Shown here: piece after piece, positions 37,208-50,719 of the stretch
How the letters are laid out: each line of letters begins with the position of its first letter
How positions within the stretch are numbered: the stretch's first letter is position 1
Source of the DNA: Octopus vulgaris
Lineage: Eukaryota
Direction: 5' to 3'
DNA: 64,000 bases
Assembly: GCA_951406725.2 (NCBI GenBank)
Contig: OX597843.1
Coordinates: 15,748,001 to 15,812,000, forward strand
Notes under the pieces: generated by a model
Told to the model about the DNA's origin: nothing
What the model saw: the letters and a program-made list of their open reading frames with translations, nothing else
Databases searched by the model: none
Position numbers and translations under genes: made by a program

Positions 37208-39230
37208 GGAAACCATGCCAAATGAGACTGGTGTATGGTGCAGCCTTCCAGCTTGCTAGCTCTGGTCAAACCATCTAATCCATGTCAGGATGGACTATGG
37301 ACGTTAAATGATGATGATGATTGTGTGGAGGTTATATATATTTCTTTACTACCCACAAGGGGCTAAACACAGAGAGGACAAACAAGGACAGACAAACGGA
37401 TTAAGTTGATTATATCGACCCCAGTGCGAAACTGGTACTTTATTTATCGACCATGAAAGGTAAAGTCGACCTCGGCGGAATTTGAACACAGAACGTAGCG
37501 GCAGACGAAATACACCAGTCTGATTTGGCATGGTTTCTACAACTGGATGCCTTTCCTAACACCAACCACTCCAAGAGCTGTTCAAGAATTTGGACCCATT
37601 TCCAACAACTTCGAGGGCCACCTCCCAGTGGTATCAGGCGTCTACGAAGAACCCTCAACTACAACAAGACGACCAAAGTTTTTTTTCTCCAAGGTCTGGG
37701 GTCTCCCGCCCCTAAGCCCTAGACCATTACCTAATCACCCTTACCTGTCTTGTTGCTTAAGGAGGTTATATGGGCACAGGTGTGGCTGTGCAGTAAGAAG
37801 CTTGCTTCCCAACAACCTGGTTCAGTCTTACTACATGGCGCCTTGGGCAAGTGTCTTCTACATGCCTTGGATTGACCAAAGCCTTGTGAGTGGAAATTGA
37901 AAGAAATCCGTCGTATATATATATATCATCATCATCATCACTTAGCGTCCACTTTCCGTGCTAGCATGGGTTGGACGGTTCAACTGGGGTCTGGGAAGCC
38001 AGAAGGCTGCACCAGGCCCAGTCTGATCTGGCAATGTTTCTATGGCTGGATGCCCTTCCTAACGCCAACCACTCCGTGAGTGTAGTGGGTGCTTTTTACG
38101 TGCCACCGGCACAGGTGCCTGACGGGGCTGGCAAACGGCCACGGTCAGATGGTGCTTTTTACGTGCCACCGGTACAGGGGCCAGGCGAGGCTAGCAACGG
38201 CCACGATCAGATGGTACTTTTTACATGCCACCGGTACAGAGGCCCATCGGGCCGGCGCTGGCAACGGCCACGTTTGGATGGTTCGCTTACGTACCACCGG
38301 CACTGGTATCAGAGCTACAATTTCCATTGATGTTGATCGATTTCGATTCTGATTCTCACTTGCCTCAACAGGTCTTCACAAGTAGAGTTTTGTGTCCCAA
38401 GAAGGAAAAGTATGCATAAGTGGACTGGCTACATCCCAGGTAGAGGCCATGGGTTATGGTCTCACATATATATATATTTAATAAATGTCAAAATGAATTC
38501 CTGTGTTAGTGTGTCACGCTTTGACTTCTTCTCTCATTATTCAATGACACTTCTACTATTCCTCCTGCTGGGGTGAGAGTAATAGTAGGCATAGAGACGG
38601 CGAGGGCAGTAATAGATTGATGGTTGTGATGGTCATGGGGTGATGTTAATAGTATGAGAAGGCGGGGAGCTGGCAGAAACGTTAGCACGCTGGGCGAAAT
38701 GCGTAGCCGTATTTCGTCTGACGTTACGTTGTGAGTTCAAATTCCGCTGAGGTCGACTTTACCTTTCATCCTTTCGGGGTCGATAAATTAAGTACCAGTT
38801 ACGCACTGGGGTCGATGTAATCGACTTAATACCTATGTCTGTCCTTGTTTGTCCCCTCTATGTTTAGCCCCTTGTGGGCAATAAAGAAATAGGTAATAGT
38901 ATGAGCTGTAGTTGTGATAGAGGTGGAGGCGACGGTGATGACGATGGTGGAGGGGAAGGCAGCAACGTCAAAGGTGTTAATGGTGGTGGCATCAGAAGTC
39001 TGAATGGTGTGTGTATGGCAGTTTTGGTGGTGGTGGTTGAAAACAATCAACAGAAAGAGAAAAAAAGAAACATGTTAGAAAAAAATTGTACTGACCCCCG
39101 AATGGGGGAGACAAAAAATGTTGTTTATCCTGCAGCTTTGCAATAAGCTCCAAGTCGGTAAATTATACCATTGTTTTGATAAAAATTGTTCATTGCTTGA
39201 AAAATATCGGTCAAGTTTACAAAGATTTAA

Positions 39231-40923
39231 CCCTTTCGTTAGTAACCCGGCTGAAACCACCTCTGACTCTGTAGTACAAATGCCTTGTTTTCATAAGTTA
39301 TGAATTAAAATCTTCCACCAAACCTTAATCACAATTTATGTTCCCAACACTAGCTTAATGATAACTAAGTTAATTACTAATTTCTTTGTTATATTTAAAA
39401 TTAATTGAAAGAAACACAGAGCATCTCAACAGAAATACGGTAACAAAAGGGTTAAAGTCACCATGATATTTTTAACCCTTTCAACGCCAACCTGGCTGAA
39501 ACCACCTCTGGCTCTGTAGTGCAAATGTCTTGTTTTCATAAGTTCTGAATTAAAATCTTCCACCAAGCCTTAGTCACAATTTATGTTCCTAACACTAGCT
39601 TAATGATAACTAAGTTATTTTACTAAATTCTTTGTTATATTTAAAATTAATTGAAAGAAACACAGAGCATCTCAACAGAAATACGGTAACAAAAGGGTTT
39701 AAGTCACCATGATATTTTTAACCCTTTCAACGCCAACCTGGCTGAAACCACCTCTGGCTCTGTAGTGCAAATGTCTTGTTTTCATAAGTTTTGAATTAAA
39801 ATCTTCCACCAAACCTTAGTCACAATTTATGTTCCTAACACTAGCTTAATGATAACTAAGTTATTTTACTAAATTCTTTGTTATATTTAAAATAATTGAA
39901 AGAAACACAGAGCATCTCAACAGAAATACGGTAACAAAAGGGTTTAAGTCACCATGATATTTTTAACCCTTTCAACGCCAACCTGGCTGAAACCACCTCT
40001 GGCTCTGTAGTGCAAATGTCTTGTTTTCATAAGTTTTGAATTAAAATCTTCCACCAAACCTTAGTCACAATTTATGTTCCTAACACTAGCTTAATGATAA
40101 CTAAGTTATTTTACTAAATTCTTTGTTATATTTAAAATAATTGAAAGAAACACAGAGCATCTCAACAGAAATACGGTAACAAAAGGGTTTAAGTCACCAT
40201 GATATTTTTAACCCTTTCAACGCCAACCTGGCTGAAACCACCTCTGGCTCTGTAGTGCAAATGTCTTGTTTTCATAAGTTTTGAATTAAAATCTTCCACC
40301 AAACCTTAGTCACAATTTATGTTCCTAACACTAGCTTAATGATAACTAAGTTATTTTACTAAATTCTTTGTTATATTTAAAATAATTGAAAGAAACACAG
40401 AGCATCTCAACAGAAATACGGTAACAAAAGGGTTTAAGTCACCATGATATTTTTAACCCTTTCAACGCCAACCTGGCTGAAACCACCTCTGGCTCTGTAG
40501 TGCAAATGTCTTGTTTTCATAAGTTTTGAATTAAAATCTTCCACCAAACCTTAGTCACAATTTATGTTCCTAACACTAGCTTAATGATAACTAAGTTATT
40601 TTACTAAATTCTTTGTTATATTTAAAATAATTGAAAGAAACACAGAGCATCTCAACAGAAATACGGTAACAAAAGGGTTTAAGTCACCATGATATTTTTA
40701 ACCCTTTCAACGCCAACCTGGCTGAAACCACCTCTGACTCTGTAGTACAAATGCCTTGTTTTCATAAGTTCTGAATTAAAATCTTCCACCAAGCCTTAGT
40801 CACAATTTATGTTCCTAACACTAGCTTAATGATAACTAAGTTATTTTACTAAATTCTTTGTTATATTTAAAATTAATTGAAAGAAACACAGAGCATCTCA
40901 AAATAAATACGGTAACAAATGGG
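39231..40923 (-). mobile_element. Seven head-to-tail piggyBac-type MITEs (~245-bp period), antisense to the 29-kb and 45.8-kb copies
   Basis: TTAA|CCCTTT...GGTAACAAAAGGG|TT units with spacer AGTCACCATGATATTT. Confidence 0.9.
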
Positions 40924-41243
40924 TTAATATGTACTTTTAAGCTAGTATATATATGTATGTATGTAAATGTGTGTGTGCCACTTGTTTACAGAAGGAAACT
41001 ATTTCTTCAAGTAGTAAATGCCGTCATGAAATCTCATACGATGAGCAAAACTAGCCTTGGACAAATGGACCCTACTTTTGATGTTACACACATTTTCAGG
41101 AAGAAAAATGTCAGGGATTGAAGTGAATTCTTGTTAACAAAGTACTTGTTTCAAGACAAATTGTTCAGTTCTTCCTCTTTCAAATGCCTTAGAACCATTG
41201 GAGATAACTTCTTCTTTCCAAGCTGATTGATCATCGGGCAACT

Positions 41244-41795
41244 TTACTTACTTGTGGTGACATTCACCCTGGGCGGGTTGAGTCGGCTTCTTCTACTCAT
41301 GGAAGAAGTTTCGTGGGAATATGTGGATTTCACAAGCGGTCCCCAACAATCCCGCATGTGGAGACATCCTGTTTGCCTCAGATTGTCCGCAGACGCAGGG
41401 ACAGAACGACCGAGGAGTCGCTGGTTGCCGAAGCAGATACTCCGAGGATTTTCACCAGTCTGCCGGGTTGTGGCCCCAGTACCACTTGGTGTCAGACCAA
41501 TCCGCCTTGGGTGGCCCTACCAGGAGCCGAAGTTCCTGACGGCATAGCTCTGACACTACCCGTTGCCAGCGTCCCCACCACGGTGAGGAGGGGATGGACT
41601 TTCGGGACGCAAACAAACACTCCGAGGATTTTCACCAGAGCCCCGTCTGCCGGGTTGTGGCCCTAATACCACTCGGTGTCAGGCCAATCCACCTTGGGTG
41701 GCCCTACCAGGAGCCGAAGTTCCCGACGGCATAGCTCTGACACTACCTGTTGCCAGCGTCCCCACCACGGTGAGGAGGGGATGGACTTTGGGGAC
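41244..41795 (-). mobile_element. Short non-autonomous RTE-derived element with duplicated 5' end
   Basis: Minus strand 5' GAGCTATGCCG...AGGGCCACCCAAGGCGG resembles RTE/BovB 5' UTRs (from memory). 3' tail CACCACAAGTAAGTAA. Head occurs twice (41440-41608 and 41619-41795). Confidence 0.6.
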
Positions 41796-42131
41796 TGCTC
41801 CCAGTCTTTAACATTCGCACTAAGAGCCTTAAGGGTCCTTTTGATGGCATCCCTAAAATGTTTCTTAGATTTATGTCTTGGACTTTTACCATCTTACCTA
41901 ACCCTAACCCCCTGTAAAGCAACTGCTTAGGTAACATGTACCTGCATCATAGTAAGTGCTCAGCCTAACGCATATACATCATCATCATCGTCGTCGTTTA
42001 ACATCCGCTTTCCATGCTACCATGGGCTGGATGGTTCAACTGGGGTCTGGGAAGCCAGGAGGCTGCACCAGGCCCAGTCTGATCTGGCAGTGTTTCTACA
42101 GCTGGATGCCCTTCCTAACTCCAATATATAT

Positions 42132-43000
42132 ATGTGGTAAGAAACTTGCATCACACCCACATGGTTCCGGGTTCAGTCCCACTGTGGGGCACCTTGCGCA
42201 AGTGCCTTCGACTATAGCCTCAGGCCGACCAAAGCCTTGTGAGTGGATTTGGTAGACGGAAACTGAAAGAAGTCCATCATAGGTGCAGGAGTGGCTGTGT
42301 GGTAAGTAGCTTGCTTACCAACCACATGGTTCCGGGTTCAGTCCCACTGCGTGGCACCTTGGGCAAGTGTCTTCTGCTATAGCCTCGAGCCGACCAAAGC
42401 CTTGTGAGTGGATTTGGTAGACGGAAACTGAAAGAAGTCCATCATAGGTGCAGGAGTGGCTGTGTGGTAAGTAGCTTGCTTACCAACCACATGGTTCCGG
42501 GTTCAGTCCCACTGCGTGGCACCTTGGGCAAGTGTCTTCTGCTATAGCCTCGGGCCGACCAATGCCTTGTGAGTGGATTTGGTAGACGGAAACTGAAAGA
42601 AGTCCATCATAGGTGCAGGAGTGGCTGTGTGGTAAGTAGCTTGCTTACCAACCACATGGTTCCGGGTTCAGTCCCACTGCGTGGCACCTTGGGCAAGTGT
42701 CTTCTGCTATAGCCTCGGGCCGACCAATGCCTTGTGAGTGGATTTGGTAGACGGAAACTGGAAGAAGCCCGTCGTATATATGTATATATATATATATATG
42801 TGTGTGTCTGTGTTTGTCCCACTAGCATTGCTTGACAACCGATGCTGGTGTGTTTATGTCCCCGTCACCTAGCGGTTCGGCAAAAGAGACCGATAGAATA
42901 AGTACTGGGCTTACAAAGAATAAGTCCCGGGTCGAGTTGCCCGATTAAAGGCGGTGCTCCAGCATGGCCGCAGTCAAATGACTGAAACAAGTAAAAGAGT
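42132..43000 (+). mobile_element. SINE A with tandem heads (165-bp period, 4 heads) in the ZF2 intron
   Basis: AGGTGCAGGAGTGGCTGTGTGG at 42281, 42446 and 42611, plus a diverged head at 42132. Full tail ends at 43000. Confidence 0.9.
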
Positions 43001-43403
43001 ATGTATATATCTACAATACATAAAAAATGATAGTGATGATTATTATCATAGGAATTTTGTAATATTTCTGCTGTTGTATGTATCTATTGTTAAAGAATTT
43101 TCTATCATTTTCACTGTTTCTCTTTTATTTCAGAGTACCAAGCGTCATTGTTTGGAATTATGGTGGAATAACTTTCTCTGGCTGAGTTTACTAACAAAAT
43201 TGCCCTTGTTCTCTTTCTGGAACAATATACAGCGCGACTGGAGTCTGCAACGTATTCACGTATTGACTAAAATCACAGCTGATGAAATATAGCAAATGAA
43301 ATGTTTGTTATGAATTGTTATGAATTGTTATGAATAGAACACATAACCAGAAATAAGAAAGATATCACTGAATCGTATTGAGAGAGAGCGAGAGAGAGAG
43401 AAC

Positions 43404-45749
43404 ATGGATAATGAATTGTGTGGGGAGAAAGTTAAATGTGAGCAAGAATCAGACAGGGGTGATTTTCCCGATGAGACACCAAAAAATACAGAAGAGCCAT
43501 CGTTTCCCTGTGAGGTTTGTAACAAGACATTTAATCAGAAACGTAAACTTACTATACATAAGCGGTCCCATGCAGGAGAGAGACCATATCACTGTGATAT
43601 CTGTGGCAGAACGTTCTCTAAAGCTGGCCACTTGAGCAGACACAAATATAGTCATACGGGAGAGAAACCATATCACTGTGATATTTGTGGTAAATCATTT
43701 TTTGATAGAAGTTCTTTAAATACTCATGCGTGTGTCAATGCAGAAAAGAGATCATATCAGTGTGATATCTGCGGTAAATCATTCTCCACAGCAAGTCATT
43801 TAACTACACACAAGCGGACTCACACAGGGGAGAGGCCCTACCCATGTGATATCTGTGGCAAAGCGTTCTCTAAAACTAGCCACTTGAGCAGACACAAATA
43901 TATTCATACAGGAGAGAAGCCGTATGAGTGTGATATCTGTGGTAAATTATTTACGGTGATAAGTAATTTGAGTAGGCATAAACGTATTCATACGGGAGAG
44001 AAACCACATCACTGTGATATCTGTGGAAAGTCTTTCTCTGAAGGAAGCAACTTAACCAGACATATACGTATTCATACGGGAGAGAAGCCATATCACTGCG
44101 ATATCTGTGGTAAATCATTCACCACAGATGGTGACTTAACTCGACACAAGCGCATTCATACAGGGGAGAAACCATATCACTGTGATATCTGTGGTAAATC
44201 TTACTCTCAGAATTATGACTTAACTGTACACAGACGTATTCATACGGGGGAGAAGCCATATCACTGTAATACTTGTGGTAAGGCCTTTACTCAGAATCAT
44301 GATTTAACTATACACGAACATATTCATACAGGTGAGAAACCATATCACTGTGATATCTGTGGTAAGGTGTTCACCGTAGTAAGCAACTTAACCAGACACA
44401 AACGCATTCATACAGGCGAGAAACCATATCATTGTGATATCTGTGGTAAATCGTTCTCTCAGAATTATCAGTTAACTAGCCATATATACGTTCATACAGG
44501 AGAGAAACCATATCATTGTGATATCTGTGGTAAATCATACCCTGAAGGAAGCACCTTAAATAAGCACAGGCGTATTCATACAGGTGAGAAACCGTATCAT
44601 TGTGCTATCTGTGGTAAATCATTCTCACAGTTAAGTTACTTAACTCGACACAAATACAGTCACACAGGGGAGAAGCCATATCGCTGTGATATCTGTGGTA
44701 AATCTATGTCCTCACTAACCAACCTAACTAACCACAGGCACATTCATACAGGAGAAAAACCATATCAGTGTGATATCTGTGGTAAATCCTTTTCCGATGG
44801 GAGTCACTTGGCTGGGCACAAACGCATTCATACAGGAGAGAAACCGTATCCATGTGATATCTGTGGTAAATCATTCTCTGAAAGAAGTAACCTGACTAAA
44901 CACAAACGTGTTCATACAGGAGAGAAACCACATCAGTGTGATATCTGTGGTAGATCTTTCTCTCAGAAAATTCACTTAACTACTCACAAATACATGCATA
45001 CAGGTGAGAAGCCATATCCATGTGATATCTGTGGCAGATCTTTCTCATCTGGAAGTCACTTAACTAAGCATTATCGTATTCACACAGGAGAAAAACCATA
45101 TCAGTGTGACATCTGCGGTAAAGCTTTCTCCAGACGCAGTACCTTGATTTCGCATAAATACATCCATACAGGTGAAAAGCCAAATCACAGTGATAAATCG
45201 TCGTCTGTGAGAAATGCCTTAACTGAGTATAAACAAATCCATACAAGAGAGAAACCGTATCCGTGTGATATCTGTGGTAAATCATTCTCCGCAAGAAGCC
45301 ATTTGACTATACACAAACGTGTTCACACAGGAGAGAAGCCATATCACTGTGATATCTGTGGTAAATCGTTTTCTGTAAGCAACCATTTAACGAAACACAA
45401 GCGTATCCATACAGGCGAGAAACCCTATCATTGCGATATCTGTGGTAAATCATTCTGTGAAGGAAGTAGCTTAACGAAGCACAAGCGTGTTCACACAGGT
45501 GAGAAACCATATCACTGTGATATCTGTGGTAAATCTTTCTCACAGTTATGGCATCTGACTACACACAGACATGTTCACACGGGGGAGAAACCATATCACT
45601 GTGATATCTGTGGTAAAGCATTCTCACGCTTGTGGAACTTAACGACTCACAAACGTATTCATAGACGAGAGATAGCATATCCTTCTGATGTCCTGGAGGA
45701 ATCGTTCTCCATAAACCAACTTGATGAACAGAACAATCACACTGGATAA
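43404..45749 (+). CDS. ZF2: tandem C2H2 zinc-finger protein, 781 aa; 24 canonical, 1 atypical and 1 degenerate finger units plus a decayed terminal finger
   Basis: Intact ORF with ATG in AACATGG context and TGEKPY linkers. Paralogue of ZF1. AATAAA at 46516 and 46520. Confidence 0.94.
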   Translation: MDNELCGEKVKCEQESDRGDFPDETPKNTEEPSFPCEVCNKTFNQKRKLTIHKRSHAGERPYHCDICGRTFSKAGHLSRHKYSHTGEKPYHCDICGKSFFDRSSLNTHACVNAEKRSYQCDICGKSFSTASHLTTHKRTHTGERPYPCDICGKAFSKTSHLSRHKYIHTGEKPYECDICGKLFTVISNLSRHKRIHTGEKPHHCDICGKSFSEGSNLTRHIRIHTGEKPYHCDICGKSFTTDGDLTRHKRIHTGEKPYHCDICGKSYSQNYDLTVHRRIHTGEKPYHCNTCGKAFTQNHDLTIHEHIHTGEKPYHCDICGKVFTVVSNLTRHKRIHTGEKPYHCDICGKSFSQNYQLTSHIYVHTGEKPYHCDICGKSYPEGSTLNKHRRIHTGEKPYHCAICGKSFSQLSYLTRHKYSHTGEKPYRCDICGKSMSSLTNLTNHRHIHTGEKPYQCDICGKSFSDGSHLAGHKRIHTGEKPYPCDICGKSFSERSNLTKHKRVHTGEKPHQCDICGRSFSQKIHLTTHKYMHTGEKPYPCDICGRSFSSGSHLTKHYRIHTGEKPYQCDICGKAFSRRSTLISHKYIHTGEKPNHSDKSSSVRNALTEYKQIHTREKPYPCDICGKSFSARSHLTIHKRVHTGEKPYHCDICGKSFSVSNHLTKHKRIHTGEKPYHCDICGKSFCEGSSLTKHKRVHTGEKPYHCDICGKSFSQLWHLTTHRHVHTGEKPYHCDICGKAFSRLWNLTTHKRIHRREIAYPSDVLEESFSINQLDEQNNHTG

Positions 45750-45805
45750 AAAAAAAAAACAGAACTCAGAACGATATCTGTGATAGCTCATTCTCTCTCT
45801 CTTAA

Positions 45806-46246
45806 CCCTTTCGTTACTGTATTTATTTTGAGATGTTCTTTGTTTCTTTCAATTACTTAAAATATAACAAAGAATTTAGTAAAATAACTTAGTTATCATT
45901 AAGCTGGTGTTAGGAACATAAATTGTGACTAAGGTTTGGTGGAAGATTTTAATTCAGAACTTATGAAAACAAGACATTTGTACAACAGAACCAGAGGCGG
46001 TTTCAGTGGGGTTGGTAACAAAAGGGTTAAAAATATCATGGTGACTTTAACCCTTTTGTTACCATATTTCTGTTGAGGTGCTCTGTGTTTCTCTCAATTA
46101 ATTTTAAATATAACAAAGAATTTAGTAAAATAACTTCGTTATTATTAAGCTAGTTTAGGAACATAAATTGTGACTAAGTTTTGGTGGAAGAGTTTAATTC
46201 AAAACTTATTGAAAACAAAACATTTGTAGTCAGAGCCAGAGCCGGT
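45806..46246 (+). mobile_element. piggyBac-type MITE pair in the putative ZF2 3' UTR
   Basis: TTAA|CCCTTTCGTTAC...GGTAACAAAAGGG|TTAA at 45806-46026. The second copy starts at 46051 and is truncated. Confidence 0.85.
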
Positions 46247-46261
46247 ATTGACTATGTAGAC

Positions 46262-46440
46262 CAGTGCTTTTCAAACTTTTTGCTGGAGCGGAACCCCAAG
46301 GAAACATTCCACTGGCTCAAGGAACCCCTGTGCAATAATTTAATAGTCTTATGCACGCATATCTGCACAGGAGAATTAAAAATTACTGCCGATTTTAGCA
46401 GTTTTGTAACTTCTTGCGGAACCCTGGTTGAAAACCACTG
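46262..46440 (+). mobile_element. hAT MITE
   Basis: TIRs CAGTGCTTTTCAA / TTGAAAACCACTG with perfect 8-bp TSD ATGTAGAC (46254-46261 and 46441-46448). Confidence 0.9.
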
Positions 46441-46599
46441 ATGTAGACAAACACACATATACATGTGCATTCATGCAGAACAGCATTCATATCGCTGCCA
46501 TAAAATATTCTGTAAAATAAATAAAAAGTATTTACAACCATGTCTAGACTTAGTCAGTGTTACTTAATCATCATCATCATCATCATCATCATCATTATT

Positions 46600-47890
46600 G
46601 GGATCTTTTCGGTTTGACCGGCAGTTTTTCTAGCGGTGTCATATGAAATTGTCACCCATAATTATGACCCTAGTATCGATCTATTACATTTCAATCTATT
46701 TTAAGGTTAGGGTTAGGGGATCTTTTCAGTTTGAACGGCGGTTTTTTCTAGCGGCGTCATATGAAATTGTCACCCATAATTATGACCCTAGTATCGATCT
46801 ATTGCATTTCAATCTATTTTAGGGTTAGGGTTAGGGGATCTTTTCGGTTTGAACGGCAGTTTTTTCTAGCGGCGTCATATGAAATTGTCACCCATAATTA
46901 TGACCCTAGTATCGATCTATTGCATTTCAATCTGTTTTAGGGTTAGGGTTAGGGATCTTTTCGGTTTGAACGGCAGTTTTTTCTAGCGGCGTCATATGAA
47001 ATTGTCACCCATAATTATGACCTAGTATCGATCTATTGCATTTCAATCTATTTTAGGGTTAGGGTTAGGGGATCTTTTCGGTTTGAACGGCAGTTTTTTC
47101 TAGCGGCGTCATATGAAATTGTCACCCATAATTATGACCCTAGTATCGATCTATTGCATTTCAATCTGTTTTAGGGTTAGGGTTAGGGATCTTTTCGGTT
47201 TGAACGGCAGTTTTTTCTAGCGGCGTCATATGAAATTGTCACCCATAATTATGACCCTAGTATCGATCTATTGCATTTCAATCTATTTTAGGGTTAGGGT
47301 TAGGGGATCTTTTCGGTTTGAACGGCAGTTTTTTCTAGCGGCGTCATATGAAATTGTCACCCATAATTATGACCCTAGTATCGATCTATTGCATTTCAAT
47401 CTATTTTAGGGTTAGGGTTAGGGGATCTTTTCGGTTTGAACGGCAGTTTTTTCTAGCGGCGTCATATGAAATTGTCACCCATAATTATGACCCTAGTATC
47501 GATCTATTGCATTTCAATCTGTTTTAGGGTTAGGGTTAGGGATCTTTTCGGTTTGAACGGCAGTTTTTTCTAGCGGCGTCATATGAAATTGTCACCCATA
47601 ATTATGACCCTAGTATCGATCTATTGCATTTCAATCTATTTTAGGGTTAGGGTTAGGGGATCTTTTCGGTTTGAACGGCAGTTTTTCTAGCGGTGTCATA
47701 TGAAATTGTCACCATAATTATGACCCTAGTATCGATCTATTGCATTTCAATCTATTTTAGGGTTAGGGTTAGGGGGATCTTTTCGGTTTGACCGGCAGTT
47801 TTTTCTAGCGGTGTCATATATGAAATTGTCACCCATAATTATGACCCTAGTATCGATCTATTGCATTTCAATCTGTTTTAGTTTTAGGGT
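46600..47890 (-). repeat. ~118-bp tandem array x11 made of one terminus of the GGATC-MITE
   Basis: Each unit runs GGATCTTTTCGG...ATTTTAGGGTTAGGGTTAG(G) and restarts. The last unit continues into the MITE body to ~48090. Confidence 0.95.
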
Positions 47891-48090
47891 TAGGGGTGGG
47901 GGGAAGGGTATCTTTTTTTTCCTTCACAAATGTAAATAAACCGAATCTGTTTCTTAGACGAGGAACATATTCATACGGCACAGAATGTTTTTCACCTCAA
48001 TAGACGGTCATTGATTGGTTGAAATTGAAGAAAAAAAACAACAAATATCTTACAAACTATAGAATTTTCCCAATAAAGCCAAGAGAAAAA

Positions 48091-48121
<31 letters not shown>

Positions 48122-48636
48122 GGGCACAGGAGTGGCTGAATGGTAAAAAGCTTGTTTACCAACCACATAGTTCTGGGTTCAGTCCTGCTGTGTGGAACCT
48201 TGGGCAAGTGTCTTTTGCTATAGCCTCAGATCGACCAAAGCCTTGTGAGTGGATTTGGCAGACGGAAACTGAAAGAAGCCCGTCGTGTGTGTATATATAT
48301 ATATATATGTGTGTGTGTTTGTGTCTGTTTGTCCCTCACCACTGCTTGATAACTGCTGTTGCTGTGTTTATGTTCGAGGCCAATAGAAAAGGAAGAACTG
48401 GTGTCGATTTCTTCAAGGCGGTGCCCCTGCATGGAAAACATGACCACCAAATTCCTTACTAAGGGAGGCAACTCTTGTTCCTCTCTCATGGTCGCTTTAC
48501 CTGCTAGAAATAGTAACCCAAGTGCTTTGAAATCAGATCCCAATGCTGGATATTCAACCACCAAATGAAGGGCAGATTTTCAATTCTGGGATCATCCTTA
48601 TTCCAAAAGGGTATAATAAATCTATGTAGACAGAGC

Positions 48637-49972
48637 TACAGGGGTCCCACACAAACAGAATTTTCATTTTTATTAATACATACATTGTCGCCATTTTATG
48701 TTCCTAAATTTTCGCAGTTTGTTTTTGATTTTGTCATCTACACAGCTTTGTAGGGTCAGTTGGGCACTGTTTGTGAGAAAAGCAGCCTCATGACGCAATT
48801 CTCTCTGCCAGAAATTTGGAAACGACATGCTCTACTGCTTGGCATTTACACCGGAAGCTCCAATACGAACGTTTCAGTGTGTTTGGGTGTCAATCCGAGG
48901 ACAATGCAGAGGATTCGGAAAGAGTTGTGTGAGTCCAATGGTGGTTACGAAGGTATGGCGAACTGGCAGAAACGTTAGCGTACCAGGCGTAATGTTTAGC
49001 GGTATTTCGTCTGCCGCTACGTTCTGAGTTCGAATTCCGCCGAGGTTGACTTTGCCTTTCATCCCTTCGGGGTCGATTAAATAAGTACCAGTTACGCACT
49101 GGGGCCGATATAATCGACTTAATCCGTTTGTCCTCTCTGTGTTTAGCCCCTTGTGGGTAGTAAAGAAATAGGTATTTCGTCTGCTGCTACGTTCTGAGTT
49201 CAAATTCCGCCGAGGTCGACTTTGCCTTTCATCCTTTCGGGGTCGATTAAATAAGTACCAGTTACACACTGGGGCCGATATAATCGACTTAATCCGTTTG
49301 TCCTCTCTGTGTTTAGCCCCTTGTGGGTAGTAAAGAAATAGGTATGGCTGCTCAGAAAACTCACTCTGATTGTTCTGATAAGAGAACTCCTGAATTTGTT
49401 GGTGAGATCCAGACCCCTCTCTCTCTTTCGGAGAGGCACTGATGATTGACAAATCAAGCAGTTCCATATGAGTGTCTGAGTTTCTTATCCGGCAGGTAGT
49501 GCATGAAGACACTCGATTTACCTCATATAAGATGAGAAAGGGCCAGTTTTTATCCCAAGCCATCAAGGACAAGAGGAAAGACCACACTACAAATCTTTTG
49601 AGCAAACTCAAGCATATCCTCCAACCATTAATGCTTTGGTTTTTCTCAGATGAGAAAAATTTCTGCCAGGATCTTAATCAAACATCCAGTCAACATGATG
49701 GTGTTTCGAGTGATCACTAGTGATGGCGATGTTATGCCTCCATTCATCTTCCCACATGGAGGCCTACATTAAATGACTGGAGGAGGTACTGCTGGAAGAC
49801 CCTGTGTCTGACAACATGACTCTGCACCATGTCACACAAGCAAGAGAACCCAGTTATGGCTGTCAGACAATTTCTGCGACCATATCACTTAACATTTGGC
49901 CACCTAACTCCCCAGACTGCAACCCCCTTGATTATTATGTGCGGGGTGCAGTTGAGCGAGAGACCAACAAAC
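48637..49972 (+). mobile_element. Decayed Tc1/mariner element, DD37D (maT)-like, with a SINE B insertion
   Basis: Fragments MTQFSLPEIWKRHA..., LWFFSDEKNF, QHDSAPCHTSKRTQ and WPPNSPDCNPLDYY. The SINE is flanked by TSD AGGTATGGC (48951-48959 and 49340-49348). Confidence 0.75.
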
Positions 49973-50071
49973 ATTTATAGCAAACAGAATAATGACATGT
50001 TCAAAAATAAATGTCTGAGCATGCTTATGAGCGAACAGCGGGCATGAAGTAAGAAGGGTCGTTGAAGGTAA

Positions 50072-50580
50072 TGTCATCATCATTCATCATTGTTCGACCG
50101 TGGTCAAGACAATGGAATTTACTATGTTACGCCAGACCTCACGGTCCATCATAGCATTACGGAGGTCCTGTTGCTGTATGCCTGTATTCCTGGAGATTAC
50201 ATCAGGGTAGGAGAGTGTGCGCCCTCTGGTATTGCGAGTAGATGGCTTCCAGAGGAGAAGAGTAGAAATTACTTCTTTTTCAGCTCTACAACAATGTCCA
50301 GCAAACTGGACTCTCCTACCTTTCACAAGAGATGACACAGGTGGTAGTTTCCCATATATTTGCATTTTGGTTGGATGGCGCTTCCACGAGAGATTTTGAG
50401 CTCTCATAAGGAGGCGAGTGTAGGTTCCATCCAACTGCCTCTCGAAGAGTGTGCGCCCTCTGGTATTGCGAGTAGATGGCTTCCAGAGGAGAAGAGTAGA
50501 AATTACTTCTTTTTCAGCTCTACAACAATGTCCAGCAAACTGGACTCTCCTACCTTTCACAAGAGATGACACAGGTGGTA
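50072..50580 (-). mobile_element. 3' end of an RTE-clade LINE with an internal ~130-bp duplication
   Basis: LDGTYTRLL...RRVQFAGHCCR...AMMDREVWR...stop, then a (TGA)n tail. 50210-50345 is repeated at 50447-50579. Confidence 0.75.
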
Positions 50581-50719
50581 ATGTACTGTTAACAGCAATC
50601 AGGGAAATGAAGCAAAACATCAATGAAATGCTCGCAGGAAGATCTGATTGTTAACAGCTACAGTTTGGCGTAGATGTGAAGAATGTAGCTGAGGAATAAC
50701 TACAGTAGGGTTGCTTTAA

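Noticed and set aside
36304-37269. 321-aa repeat protein
   Set aside because: Product of a 108-bp (multiple of 3) array of TE-derived sequence.
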